NCBI RefSeq assembly: GCF_006345805.1
Contig: NC_042998.1
Span: forward strand, 46,376,001 to 46,440,000
DNA from: Octopus sinensis
Lineage: Eukaryota
DNA length: 64,000 nucleotides
Reading direction: 5' to 3'
Part shown: positions 12,871 through 25,805 of the stretch, one piece after another
How positions within the stretch are numbered: position 1 is the stretch's first letter
Layout: every line of letters starts with the position of its first letter
Notes under the pieces: model-generated
Told to the model about the DNA's origin: nothing
Seen by the model: only the letters and a program-made list of their open reading frames with translations
The model's database searches: none
Position numbers and translations under genes: made by a program

Positions 12871-13867
12871 TGTTGCTAATGTCCTGTTATTTGCATTTGT
12901 ATTTGTGTACCATTTGCAAAGATAATCTGGAACTCGTCTGACGAAAGAAAACTCCGGATGATCAGTCCTTGTTTTTTCTTGTGCTTTTTTTGTATCATCT
13001 AACTGTCCGGATATTTTACGTTCTTGTCCCATTTTTGCATTCTTTTTTATATACATATAACGGCGTACGTACACTTTGGTCTCTCATATATATATATTAT
13101 ATATATATATATTATATATATATATAAATTTTGTATGTCTCTCTTATTTTTTTCATTCTTTCGTTCTTTCTTTCTTTCTGTCGGCCCCTTCACACTTCGA
13201 TCTTTCCAATCTTGTTTCTTTCGTTCCCCCTCTCTCACATTTCCTGGCCTTCCCTTCATTTTCACCTTCCCTCCTCTTTCACTTCACTCTGTCCCTTTTC
13301 TTTTTTTTTTCTCGTCCTTCCCTAATTCTTCTATCCCTCTGCCTCTACTTCTCTCTTCTTCCTCCACGTAACCGGTGTTCGGCCAAGCCTGACCTTTCTA
13401 TGCTAGTTCGACTACCATCCGTGCAACATCTATATTCCTTCCCATGTTTGCCATCTCTTATTTCCCTGTCGTAAGGCTTCACTTCCACACACGCCAGCTT
13501 AATTTGATTCGTCCTTAGTCGAAAGACACCTGTTGTTAATGTCCTGTTGTTTGCATTTGTATTTGCGTACCATTTCTCCGTTTTTTTCCCGTCCTTGTTT
13601 TCGTATACATTCGCTGCTTTCTTCCAAGGAATCTAGTGCGCTTAGCTTTGATTTTTCTTGGGGCAGGCTAGATTGGAGCAATCTCGAGTATAACCAACCG
13701 GAATTGCAAAGATAATCTGGAACTCAACTGACGAAAGAAATCTCCGGGTGACCCGTCTTTGTTTTTTCGTGTCCCTTTTTTGTATCATCTAACTGTCCGA
13801 ATATTTTGCGTTCTTGTCCCATTTTTGTATTCTTTTTTCATATACATAAAGCGGCGTACGTGCACTT
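12871..13867. repeat. Imperfect direct repeat pair (12871-13076 and 13531-13867), origin unknown
   Basis: Shared TGCAAAGATAATCTGGAACTC...GGCGTACGT; copy 1 lacks ~130 bp present in copy 2. Confidence 0.7.
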
Positions 13868-14029
13868 GCCCAGTGATCCACATTGACCTGTTATAGCGTT
13901 TTCCATACCGGAGTGCATGTTTATGCGCATGCCCGAAGACAAAAATTATCGTCAACACTATTTGAAATTTTTTCTTCACGTATCAATCTTACAATTTGAT
14001 TTGCTTTTGTGACATAAGACATCTGGAAA

Positions 14030-14530
14030 TATTTATTGCGTAAAACGTCGACCCTTTTTGAAGGAGAATTCCGATCCCTCAATTAGGCTGACACATATAC
14101 CACAGTTAGGTCTTCCGCATTTTTTTTTTACTGTAGGTTTCAATATTGTTGACGAGTGTACTTGGGCCTGTGTTAGAAGACTTTTCATTGACTTGGGTTG
14201 TCTTTTGCTCTTTTTGATGGTGTCCGTTTGGAGGATTTGATCCATTCTATGGTCCCCTTTTAGTAAAGAGATTTTCTAGAGGATGGCATCGATGGGACTC
14301 GTTGTTTAGGGTGTTGTGCGTGGATATATATGGCAGGGCTCTTGGTTGTAAATCCTTTAGTTTGGGGTGTCTGAGTTCGGGGATGTTGAGTGGTGGTTAG
14401 GTCCTGCTGATGAGTGTATCCTTTAGCTCATATAGTCGTGTGTCCCTGGTGCTTGTATTAGATTTAGATACTATAGAACAAATCCTTTTTGCCATGTTGT
14501 AAGGGATATTCATTCTAGTGTGTCTGGGGT

Positions 14531-14535
<5 letters not shown>
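14030..14535 (-). mobile_element. Penelope-like element fragment (RT thumb, linker, start of GIY-YIG region)
   Basis: HPRHTRMNIPYNMAKRICSIVS, LPYISTHN, IKKSKRQPKSMKSLLT and KKCGRPNCGIC are typical of PLE ORFs. Confidence 0.8.
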
Positions 14536-14569
<34 letters not shown>

Positions 14570-14782
14570 GTATGTATGTATGTATGTATGTATGTATGTA
14601 TGTATGTATGTATGTATGTATGTATGTATATGCGTATAAATGCATTTATACTGTTTTATACACACATACATAAGGATATGCATACATATTTTCCCAAATC
14701 TATTTTGCGGTTGCCTTCACCTTCGCGCACACACACACACTCACACACACACATACACACACACACAGACACACAGACACAG

Positions 14783-14815
<33 letters not shown>

Positions 14816-15479
14816 CACACTTAAACGTAGAAAGCAAGCAACCGCAAAACTAACATTGGGAAAAAAAATATCTTCCGCCCACCCCACACCCCTCACCCCA
14901 CCCCACCCCCAATCACCACAAACATTATCAGCCCTGTTTATTCATCACCACGACCACCACTGAGTGAAAGAAGCGAAGAAAAGAAAATAATTAAAATTGT
15001 GGAGGCCTCTGGGCGGAAAGAAATTATTGATGTTAGAGTTAGAAAAATGACATTTCATTGTTAGTTTGGTGATAGTTGTAATAACTGGTAGTGGAGTGTT
15101 TTGCGGCTGGGATGGTGATAGTGGGTGGTAGCAGTTGAAATGTGATGTTGTTTACTGTGGTAGTGGAGTTGTTGTTGTTGGTTGTGTTGTTGTTATGGAT
15201 GCTTTTTTTCTTTTGCGGTGGTGGTGGTGGTTGCAGTTGACAGAAAGACAAGGGCTGCAAAAAAAAAAAAAAAAAGAAAAGCGATGGTTGAGGTGTGATG
15301 GTGGTGGTGTTAAAGGTTTGCACATTGATAGTGTTGCCGGTGGAGGTTTAAAAGTATTTACAGTGCTAGGTGACAATGGTGCTGACACGGGGAGGTAAAT
15401 AGGTTGTTACTGTTGTTGTTGTTGTTGTCATTGTTGTTCTCAGCATCGTCGTCGTCGTCGTTTTAAGCTCGGCTCAGCT

Positions 15480-16279
15480 CTCTTCGAGGAGATCTATGAA
15501 CGAAGACGTTCCAGCTATGACCATCTCATCTTTTTTCTCATGCACAACAAACCCAGCATGTTCTTTTCCAAAACGATAAACGGTGTCATTTGAGGAAGAT
15601 TTGACTGCTATTTCTAGTAGATCGATCGAGCGACTACGTATAGGTTCCCGATTCCCTCCTTAGATACGCCCTCATCGAGTAGATCTATGAACGAGGACGT
15701 TCCAGCTATGACCATCTCATCTTTTTTCTCATGTACAACAAACCCAGAGCCACATTACCCAGCACGTTCTTTTCTAATACGATAAAGGGTGTCACTTGAG
15801 GAAGATTTGACTGCTATTTCTAGGAGATCGAGCGACTACGTAAAGGTTCCCGATTCCCTCCTTAGATACGCTCTCATCGAGTAGATCTATGAACGAAGAC
15901 GTTCCAGCTATGACCATCTCATCTTTTTTCTCATGTACAACAAACCCAGAACCACATTACCCAGCACGTTCTTTTCCAAAACGATAAACGGTGTCATTTG
16001 AGGAAGATTTGACTGCTATTTCTAGGAGATCGAGCGACTACGTAAAGGTTTCCGATTCCCTCCTTAGATACGCTCTCATCGAGTAGATCTATGAACGAAG
16101 ACGTTCCAGCTATGACCATCTCATCTTTTTTCTCATGTACAGCAAACCCAGAGCCACATTACCCAGCGCGTTCTTTTCTAAAACGATAAAGGGTGTCACT
16201 TGAGGAAGATTTGACTGCTATTTCTAGGAGATCGAGCGACTACGTAAATGTTCCCGATTCCCTCCTCAGATACGCTATA
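15480..16279. repeat. Tandem satellite, ~200-bp unit x ~4
   Basis: AGATCTATGAACG recurs at 15490, 15681, 15883 and 16085 (periods 191, 202, 202). Confidence 0.95.
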
Positions 16280-16494
16280 GCTTTTCTCGTAGTGGTGGCA
16301 GTGGCGGCCGGTAATGAAGGCGCTTGCGGTGGGTGAGGTAAACAATAGAAGACATGCATGTTAGCAAGGTGGCTTTCGAGTCACGTTTAATTGGCATATA
16401 TTGTCTAAAGAGGCAAATATCATTATAAAAACAGAGAAAAGAACAAAAAAAAAGTAGTTTTGAAAAGATATCGAAGGCGACGGGGACGGCGGTG

Positions 16495-16539
16495 GCGGCG
16501 GTGGCGGTGGTGATGACGATTTTGATGATGATGATGATA

Positions 16540-16570
<31 letters not shown>

Positions 16571-16634
16571 GGATGATGACGATGATGATGATGAGGATGA
16601 TGATGATTTTGATGATAATGATGATGATGATGAC

Positions 16635-16669
<35 letters not shown>

Positions 16670-16789
16670 CGATGATGATAATGTAGACGATGGTGATGTT
16701 AGCATTGCTGATGGGGAAGCTGATAATGTTGCAGTTACTGTTGATGATGTTGATGATGAAAACAATGACGATAGTGATGATGGTGGTGG

Positions 16790-16838
<49 letters not shown>

Positions 16839-16905
16839 AATGATAATGCTGCTGCTACTGTTTTCTTGTTGTTGTTATTGTTGTTGATGATGATGATGAT
16901 GATGA
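16495..16905. repeat. Imperfect (GAT)n trinucleotide tract
   Basis: Long GAT/GAC/GGT run; source of the poly-Ser and poly-Met ORFs. Confidence 0.95.
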
Positions 16906-16984
16906 AGAAGTTTGCGTCGATGGTGCTCATAGCAGCAGGCACAAATATCAGTGAAAAAGCTCGGTTACAGGAAAGTGATAGCAA

Positions 16985-17187
16985 ATACACACACACACAC
17001 ACTCACACACACACACACGCGCACACACGCACACACACACACGCACACGCACGCACGCATGTAGACACGCACACACACAGACATATAATCCAAGATTTAT
17101 ACACACACACAAACCTCCACACACACGCACACACACGCACACACACACACATACACATACCAACATATACATACATTCATACATATA

Positions 17188-17231
<44 letters not shown>

Positions 17232-17788
17232 ATATACATACACAAGGAAAGAGAGTGGATTTAGAGAGAAAGAAACAGTATGTATGTATGCATGTATGTA
17301 TGTATGTATGTATGTATGTAAGTATGTATGTATGTATGTATGTATGTCTAAGCATATATGCATGCATACATATGCATATGAGTGTGCTTGTTGGTGTAAC
17401 TGTGTAATTTGTCTAAAGGAAAAAAATGAAAGCTAAACTGTAGAGTAAAAGGAACTACAAACGATGAAGATAGATAGATAGATAGATTGATAGATAGATA
17501 AGGAGAGAGAGAGAGAGGGGGGTTAGAGAGATAAGTAAGAATGGTGTGTGTATGGTGGGAGTGAGAAAGTGAGGAGGAACAGCAGAAGAAAGTGGAGAAG
17601 AAGAGGAAGGAGAAAGAAAGAACAAGTTATAGAGAAAGAAACTCGACGCTTAGAAGGTTGATATGATAGAGAAAAAAAAGAGAGTGGAATAAAGAGAGAG
17701 AGAGAGAGAAAGAGAGAAAAGGATGTGTGTGTGTGTATATGCATGTACGTGTATGTGACGTATATATATATATGTGTATATATATATG

Positions 17789-17823
<35 letters not shown>

Positions 17824-18596
17824 ATATTTGTTCAAATATATGTATATATGTATTTATGCATGTATGAGTATTTGTGCATACATACATTCGTATATGTGTG
17901 TGTGTGTGTGTGTATGTATCTGTATACACACACACACACACACACAGAGGGGTGGAGGAAGAAATCTTTAGATCTTCGGTATAAAAGGAATTGGTGTTTA
18001 GTAAAAGGAAATGAAACAAGAATCGTTGGTTGGTTAGTGTATTACATTGGAAATACGTTTGGCACTTAGATTCGCAGAGCTGAAGTGTCATAGACAATGA
18101 GATAGCTGTGAGATGAAAGAGGTAGCGCCTTCTAACGATGAACATGACAGGATCTGTAAGTGTGCGCTTTCATAGCAAGAAAGTTGTATATCGGCAAACA
18201 CACACACACACACACACACACGCATTCATATATATGTGTGTATGTATCAATATAGACACACACACACTCACACACACACAAAGTTGTATATCGGCAAACA
18301 CACACACACACACACACACACGCATTCATATATATGTGTGTATGTATCAATATAGACACACACACACTCACACACACACATACACACACACACTCACACA
18401 TATTCACATTTACGTATAAGTATACATATGTACACACACACACACACACACACATAATATATAATGTAAAGTTATATATTATATATATGTATGTATATAC
18501 GCATTCATACATTCATACATATATATGTTGATATATGTATGTATAATTTGTATATGTTTATACATATATGTACGTATGTATGTATATATATATCTA

Positions 18597-18667
<71 letters not shown>

Positions 18668-18668
18668 A

Positions 18669-18699
<31 letters not shown>

Positions 18700-18715
18700 A
18701 TATATATATATATAT

Positions 18716-18795
<80 letters not shown>

Positions 18796-19164
18796 CAAGA
18801 GAAAAAGACAGCGAAGGGGGAGAGGAGGAGAGAGAGAGATGAAAAAGAGCAATGGAACAGAAATTGCCAAAAGATAAAACAGGTATACTGGCAATTCAAC
18901 GAGAAATGAAATTTTGAATATCGAAATTGAAAAGCAGAATTACAGAGGAAAAAGAGGTGGTAGTGGCAGTGGTGGTGGTGGTGGTTGTGATGGTGGTGGT
19001 TGTGGTGGTGGTGGTGGTGCTGATGGTGTGTGTGTGTGTGTGTGTAAGAGAGAGAAAGAGAGTATGAGTGTGAGAAAGAGATAAAGAAAGGAGAAAGGCG
19101 AAAGTGATGTACTAAGAGGTACGGAGAAATAAAAGAGTAGAAATATATACATACATACATATAT

Positions 19165-19227
<63 letters not shown>

Positions 19228-19460
19228 GCATACATACACACACACACACATATATATATATACATATACACACAAATACACACACACACACACTCATATA
19301 TATGTAAAATAATGAAGGTGGCTAGACGTAATATAAAACCAACAAGGGAAAATTCAATTGTCACTAATACATATGTATGTGTATGTGTGTATGTGTGTAT
19401 GTGTGTATGTGTGCGTGCGTGCGTGCGTGTATGCGAGCGTGTGTGTGTGTGTGTGTGTAT
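16985..19460. repeat. Compound microsatellite field: (CA)n, (TA)n, (TATG)n, (TATC)n, (GA)n, (GGT)n
   Basis: Directly visible; includes a ~120-bp local duplication (18170-18290 vs 18283-18400). Confidence 0.9.
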
Positions 19461-20142
19461 TGGCAAGACATTAATAAAAGTAACAGACAGAATATTTATT
19501 ACAAAGGATGATATGACGACAATCTTGATGGACAGAGAGAATGGCAAAAAATAATTCAGAGAATCAGTAAAGAAGGGAGAAAACGTAGAAATATGAAAAA
19601 GTATTAGGTCGAAGACAGTACACCCGCTTACCCATGCACAAACACATTCACACATGCACGCATAAGGAACTATAATCTGTTGTTCACTAGCTTTACAATC
19701 CATTATGTTCGATGCATATATACTCATCACATATATAGGAGCAAATTCATTGAACTATTCTTGTCTTTTACAAGTCTGTACGTCAATGAAAGGAGTAATA
19801 TGGGAATAAATAATTCAGAGACTCCAGTCATTAGGCTTCACTGATAAGGTGAGAAAAAGACCGTAAAACATAACACAAAATGCATTCCCACCGACCAAAA
19901 ACTTAAACTCATAGCGTGCTAATAAAAAGCACCAAATCCCAAAACTTTCTTATCCATAACACGTCAAAAGCATGTAAATCGAGGACAAGCTGCTACGAAT
20001 GACCAATGTTATCTACACATTTAACAAAACCTTAAAGTTGCATATTTCAGGACTCCGGGTTTTATATTGGACTTACTAAAACAACACTATGCCGTAGAGT
20101 TACCATGTATTTACAGCAAAGAACTATTGTATGACATTATAT

Positions 20143-20373
20143 ATTTCTTTATTACCCACAAGGGGCTAAACATAGAGGGGACAAACAAGGAGAGACAAAG
20201 GTATTAAGTCGATTATATCGACCCCAATGCGTAACTGGTACTTAATTTATCGATCCCGAAAGGATGAAAGGCAAAGTCGACCTCGGGGAATTTGAACTCA
20301 GAACGTAACGGCAGACGAAATACGGCTACGCATTTCGCCCGGCGTACTAACGTTTCTGCCAGCTCGCCGCCTT
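20143..20373 (-). mobile_element. tRNA-derived SINE, family C, with 23-bp TSD
   Basis: Flanked by AGAACTATTGT(A/G)TGACATTATAT at 20120-20142 and 20374-20396. Confidence 0.9.
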
Positions 20374-20409
20374 AGAACTATTGTGTGACATTATATCACA
20401 CACCATGTG

Positions 20410-20722
20410 AAAGCGCGTGGTTAGGGTCATCGGCTCACGATCGTAAGGTCGTGAGTTCGATTCCTGGCGGCGCGTTGTGTTCTTAACCAAGACACTTTAT
20501 TTCATGTTGCTCGTGTCTGCTCAGCTGGCAAAAATGAATTGTACTCGTAAGTCAAAGGACCACCCTTGTCACATTCTGTATAACACTGAATCTCTCTGAG
20601 ATCGACGTTAAAGTTACGCGTGTCTGTGGAGTGTTCAGCCAATTGCACGTTAATTTCACGGCCAGTCTGTTTTGCTCATCAGATCAACTGGAACACTAGT
20701 CGTCGTGACCAGCGAAGTGTCC
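20410..20722 (+). mobile_element. SINE family B
   Basis: GGTTAGGG...GTGAGTTCGATTCC head; body shared with 6144. Confidence 0.75.
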
Positions 20723-20849
20723 AGTAAAAGTAAAAGTAAATACCTCACGCCGCAAAACAAAATTACTTAGAATTCTATATAAATTTCTTTCAGACCAAAT
20801 CTTACCGTCTTAAATAAAGACACATTGGATAATTCAGTACTAGTTATCT

Positions 20850-21230
20850 ATTTCTTTACTATCGACAAGGGGCTAAACACAGAGGGGACGAACAAGGACA
20901 GACAAACTGGTACTTATTTAATCGACCCCGAAAGGGTGAAAGGCAATGTCGACCTCGGCGGAATTTGAACTCAGAACGTAGCGGCAGACGAAATACCTAT
21001 TTCTTTACTACCCACAAGGGGCTACACACAGAGGGAACAAACAAGGACAGACAAACGGATTGACTCGATTATATCGACCCCAGTGCATAACTGGTACTTA
21101 TTTAATCGACCCCGAAAGGATGAAAGGCAAAGTTGACCTCGGCGGAATTTGGACTCAGAACGTAGCGGTAGACGAAATACTGCTAAGCATTTCGCCCGGC
21201 GCGCTAACGATTCTGCTAGCTCGCCGCCTT
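20850..21230 (-). mobile_element. SINE family C head-to-tail dimer inside one TSD
   Basis: TSD ATTCAGTACTAG(T/A)TATCT at 20832-20849 and 21231-21248. Confidence 0.85.
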
Positions 21231-21848
21231 ATTCAGTACTAGATATCTTTAACTAGACGAGGTCAAGGTTATAGTGCTTGCTTGATCAGAGCAAACTTAG
21301 GGCCAAACCACGATAATGTATTTTTTTACAGCATTCGGAATCAAATATTGTTTGTACTAACCCCACCGAAAGATTCTAAATCTTCTACCGAAATAAGAAA
21401 CAATAAAGTATTGCTTCCTAGGAATTTTATTTCACGACATTCAATGACTTTAAAAAATCTGTGAATTTACCTCTATAATATTGCTGTCGTTTTACTACGG
21501 ATCTTCTTTGGTCAAGCAGGCTTTTATCAAAGATGTTCAAATTGTAACCATTTCACTTTTGGATATCAGAAACTAAAATGTACAATGTGTTCCTTTTTTT
21601 CTTTAAAGACAATAAGATATGACAGATATCTCTTCAGAATCGTTCCGCTAGTATCTCTGTTTAGATCTAGCCTTGCTGTTCAGAGAATATTAGCATATTT
21701 GGAAATTTCATTACCCACTAGAAGATAACCAACTTGTCCACGTCCTCTCTCACCAAAAATTAATGTCCTGGGCCTTCACTGCTGTGGATGTGTCACCAGT
21801 GATCATTAGAAAGTACTGCTGACATTCAAATTCAAGCTGATAAAGATA

Positions 21849-22483
21849 CAGTAATACCTCACTTTACGAAACACCGGGTTTATGAGTTTTATTTTTCAAC
21901 TCAGTTTTGTATGTCGAGCTGAAATTTTTCAAGCGCAAGATCCAAATTTTGAACGAAGTGCAAAAGTTTCTACTACTAAAACAAATGCTTCTGCATGTTA
22001 TCGAGAAATTTAGAGAGAGCGAAAAAAAAATCTTCTTCTAAGCAAACAACTCTAAACTTGATTTTTAATTAGAAATCTATAAGTCCGTCTATGAGTGCTT
22101 GTGAATCAGTGATTGCGTCTACAAGTAATGGTATGCATGAGTCTAGTGCGAGTGAAAGTGATTCAGAAAACGATAATAATAATAATATTTTTTATCATAA
22201 GTTATCTTGACATTCTTTTTGCTCTTTACTATCTACTGTTGTTTTATTGCCATTTATTTACGAGTATTACTCTTTTACTCTTTTACTTGTTTCAGTAATT
22301 TAACTGTGGCCATGCTGGAACACCACCTTTAGTCAAGCACATTGACCCCATGACCTATTCTTTGTAAGCCTAGTAATTATTCTATCGGTCTCTTTTGCCG
22401 AACCGCTAAGTTACGGGGGCGTAAACACACCAGCATCTGGTGACAAGCGATGTTGGGGGACAAACACAGACACACAAACATAT

Positions 22484-22574
<91 letters not shown>

Positions 22575-22872
22575 GACGGGCTTCTTTCAGTTTGCGTCTA
22601 CCAGATCCATTCACAAGGCTTTGGTCGGCCCGAGGCTATAGTAGAAGACACTTGCCCAAGGTGCTACGCAGTGGGAATGAACCCGGAACCATGTGGTTGG
22701 TAAGCAAGCTACTTACCACACAGCCACTATAAATTTTAAAGGTAAAATATTTTTCTGGGATCGATTTATAATTTACAACATTGCTACTATAGAAATTATG
22801 CTCTACTTTGCGAGTTTTCGCTTTACAAGCGATCTCTGGGAATGAATTAATTCGTATATCGAGGCATTACAG
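21849..22872 (+). mobile_element. pogo/Tigger-like non-autonomous DNA transposon with a nested SINE
   Basis: TA|CAGTAATACCTCACTTTACGAA...TTCGTATATCGAGGCATTACAG|TA ends; remnant DPNFERSAKV...CYREI...KQTTL. Confidence 0.7.
22268..22728 (-). mobile_element. SINE family A
   Basis: Head and tail match the 8139 copy; central (TA)n. Confidence 0.85.
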
Positions 22873-23135
22873 TATATATATAAAAAAAAACTTCACATAT
22901 AAGATTCGATGTTGACAAAATGAAAGATTCAGATTCTGTAGTATCTGAAGTCAACGTGGTCGGATCGTATGCTGCAGTCTTCAGTTTACTATAAAATAAT
23001 AACTTGACTAACAATATGTACGAAGCATTTCATGAATCAGTTTTAGAAGTACTCGGGAAAAGAAGAACCCCCCCACCAAAAAAAAAAAAAACAATTGGTC
23101 ACTGATGATATACTGGAAGTATGCGGTACAATGTA

Positions 23136-23385
23136 GAGGCGCGTGGCTTAGTGGTTAGGGTGTCAACATCACGATCGTAAGATTGTGGTTTCGATTCCTG
23201 GACCGGCGACGCGTTGTGTTCTTGAGCAAAATACTTCATTTCACATTGCTCCAGTCCACTCAGCTGACAAAAATGAGTAACGTTGCGATGGACTGGCGTC
23301 CCGTCCAGCTGGGGAACACATACGCCATAGAAACCGGGAAACCGAGCCTATGAGCCTGGCTAGACTTTAAAAGGGCGCATTTATT
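23136..23385 (+). mobile_element. SINE family B (alternative tail)
   Basis: GGCGCGTGGCTTAGTGG A box, GGTTTCGATTCC B box. Confidence 0.75.
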
Positions 23386-24096
23386 TATTATTATGCGGTA
23401 CAATACAGGCTCTGAACAAGAACAAATGAACAGATGCTGAAGCAGCTTGATTACACATCGCTGTGAATTGGAGAAGTTCAGAAATGAAATGAAGGAAACC
23501 AAGGAAAAGTGGTAAACAGACACCATGATAACATCGAATCTGAGATAAAGATGACAACGGGAAGGCCACTTTTGACACAAGCGCGCGCAATATGCACGCC
23601 CACACAAACACCCACACTCCCCACACACTACACCTCCCCCACAAAATGTTAACAGAAGCGAAGCAACTAAAAGCTGTTGCAATTGGAACTGCTATTATAA
23701 GAAGCTGATCATGACCCCCACCGCACTGAATAATGTCACTATTAACAACAGAGGACTTGTGCATGCTCGGATACACCATACCGGAGTTGAAGAAACGATG
23801 CGCATGCTCAAAGAAGGAAAACCACAAGAAGTTGGCAACATCCTAGCAGAGCCCCTGAAATATGATAAACCATTATTCATCGATATAGAGGAAATGCGAA
23901 ACAAAGTAGTGGGAAGAAAATGAACCCAATCCTTCGCGATACTCTTTCCAACGAAACGGACCTAATACTTTGCCAGTATAGAAGAACCTTTAGTTTGATT
24001 AGCTACCCAGTACAGCGTTGCCGACAATTCTCGTAAGCAGGTTTAAATGAAAGGTGAAAGAAATATTCGTAGAAGAACGGGCAGAATTCGGATTAT

Positions 24097-24594
<498 letters not shown>

Positions 24595-24889
24595 TACATC
24601 AAAGCAGATATCTAACTCCAGATTGCAGAGCGAGAAACATCTCCAATGCCATGTAACCCAAACTTCAACTTCATTAACTTCAAAAAAGTCTTTTAACTAT
24701 GTGTAGCATAAGATTTGGTGGCAAATAATGAAGTATTTCAGCTTCGACAGCAACTTCATCCGAGTGAGTCAAGCACTGTATGGAAATTCAAATTGCGCAG
24801 TTCTCCTGTATAACAACATAGCAGACTTCTTTAGGAGAACAAGAGGTCTTCAAGGCTATGTCACGAGTAGTCTAATATATACAGGGTAA

Positions 24890-25310
24890 CTGAAAAGTCA
24901 TCCCTTATTTTAAAATACTTATAAATTATTTATTAATTGTAATATTTTTCTCAATTTTTTTTTGTGTTTGTATTTTGAAATACAAGAATTTATTCTTTAA
25001 TTGTATTGTTCTTGTCATTCACAAATGTCTGAATGCCCACTTTCCCAGGTGATGGACGGATCATTGTTGTCCGCATGAGTGGCCAGCCAGAAGCCTCAAC
25101 TTAATGGCCTGTGACTTCTTTCTTTGGGATTGGCTAAAGGAACAACTCTACTGTACCTAACCAAAGGCTTTGGAAGAACTTGAAGGGCGAATATGTGAGG
25201 TTATGTTTTTTCCCATCCCACAAGAGTTTCTGGTGAAATCATTTGACACAATTCCTGGGCGACTCAAGAAGCTGGTGGCGACATCTGGAGCCCAAATCAA
25301 ATTTTAAATA
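24890..25310 (+). mobile_element. Tc1/mariner superfamily (maT/rosa-like) transposase C-terminal remnant
   Basis: WPARSLNLMACDFFLWDWLK...LEELEGRI resembles WPPRSPDLTPCDFFLWG.LK; TA|CAGGGT end near 24890. Confidence 0.65.
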
Positions 25311-25387
25311 AAACCGCACACTAAAAGCTTTCCTTTCGTCCATATTTTTGTAAAATTTACAATTAATAAATAATTTATAAGTATTTC

Positions 25388-25530
25388 ACATACATACATA
25401 CATACATACATACATACATACATACATACATACATACATACATACATACATACATACATACATACATACATACATACATACATACATACATACATACATA
25501 CATACATACATACATACATACATACATACA

Positions 25531-25564
<34 letters not shown>

Positions 25565-25569
25565 CATAC
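25388..25569. repeat. (TACA)n tetranucleotide array
   Basis: Near-perfect run of ~45 units. Confidence 0.97.
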
Positions 25570-25594
25570 CTATATATATGTGTGTGCGTGTGTG

Positions 25595-25805
25595 TATGAC
25601 CACGTGTGTATCGTTGGCGATTTTCTTTCTCCGTCTTCCCTTCCATGGATCTTTCCTTTTTCTATGTTTCTGACGAAGAGCTCCGCTCGAAACGTCAAAT
25701 CCCCCTTCTTTCTTTCCTTTCCTGAGCGTCCAATAACACTATACTTGTTCCACGTCCTCGCGTTGTTGTGTTTTCTCTTTGTTCATGTTTGGATCAACTA
25801 TACAT
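25595..25805 (+). repeat. Family D hammerhead-bearing short repeat (copy 2)
   Basis: GTTT-CTGACGA-A-GAGC-TCC-GCTC-GAAAC-GTC-AAAT at 25666-25700. Confidence 0.8.

Noticed and set aside
12938-12960. CTGACGA in the direct repeats (also ~13728)
   Set aside because: No stem II hairpin or correctly placed GAAAC.
16361-17002. 213-aa poly-Ser ORF and the overlapping poly-Met ORFs
   Set aside because: Translation of a (GAT)n tract; no splice or homology support.
16866-19730. Many 60-170-aa ORFs ([16 protein letters not shown])
   Set aside because: Stop-free microsatellite frames, not genes. The same applies to similar ORFs across the window.
23136-23205. tRNA genes at SINE heads (also 59923, 6144)
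   Set aside because: A and B boxes are present, but no complete cloverleaf was evident and each continues into a shared SINE body.
23711-23923. 70-aa ORF with HHTGVEET, faintly like an integrase zinc finger
   Set aside because: No CC pair or DDE core follows and no other LTR-element domains were recognised.
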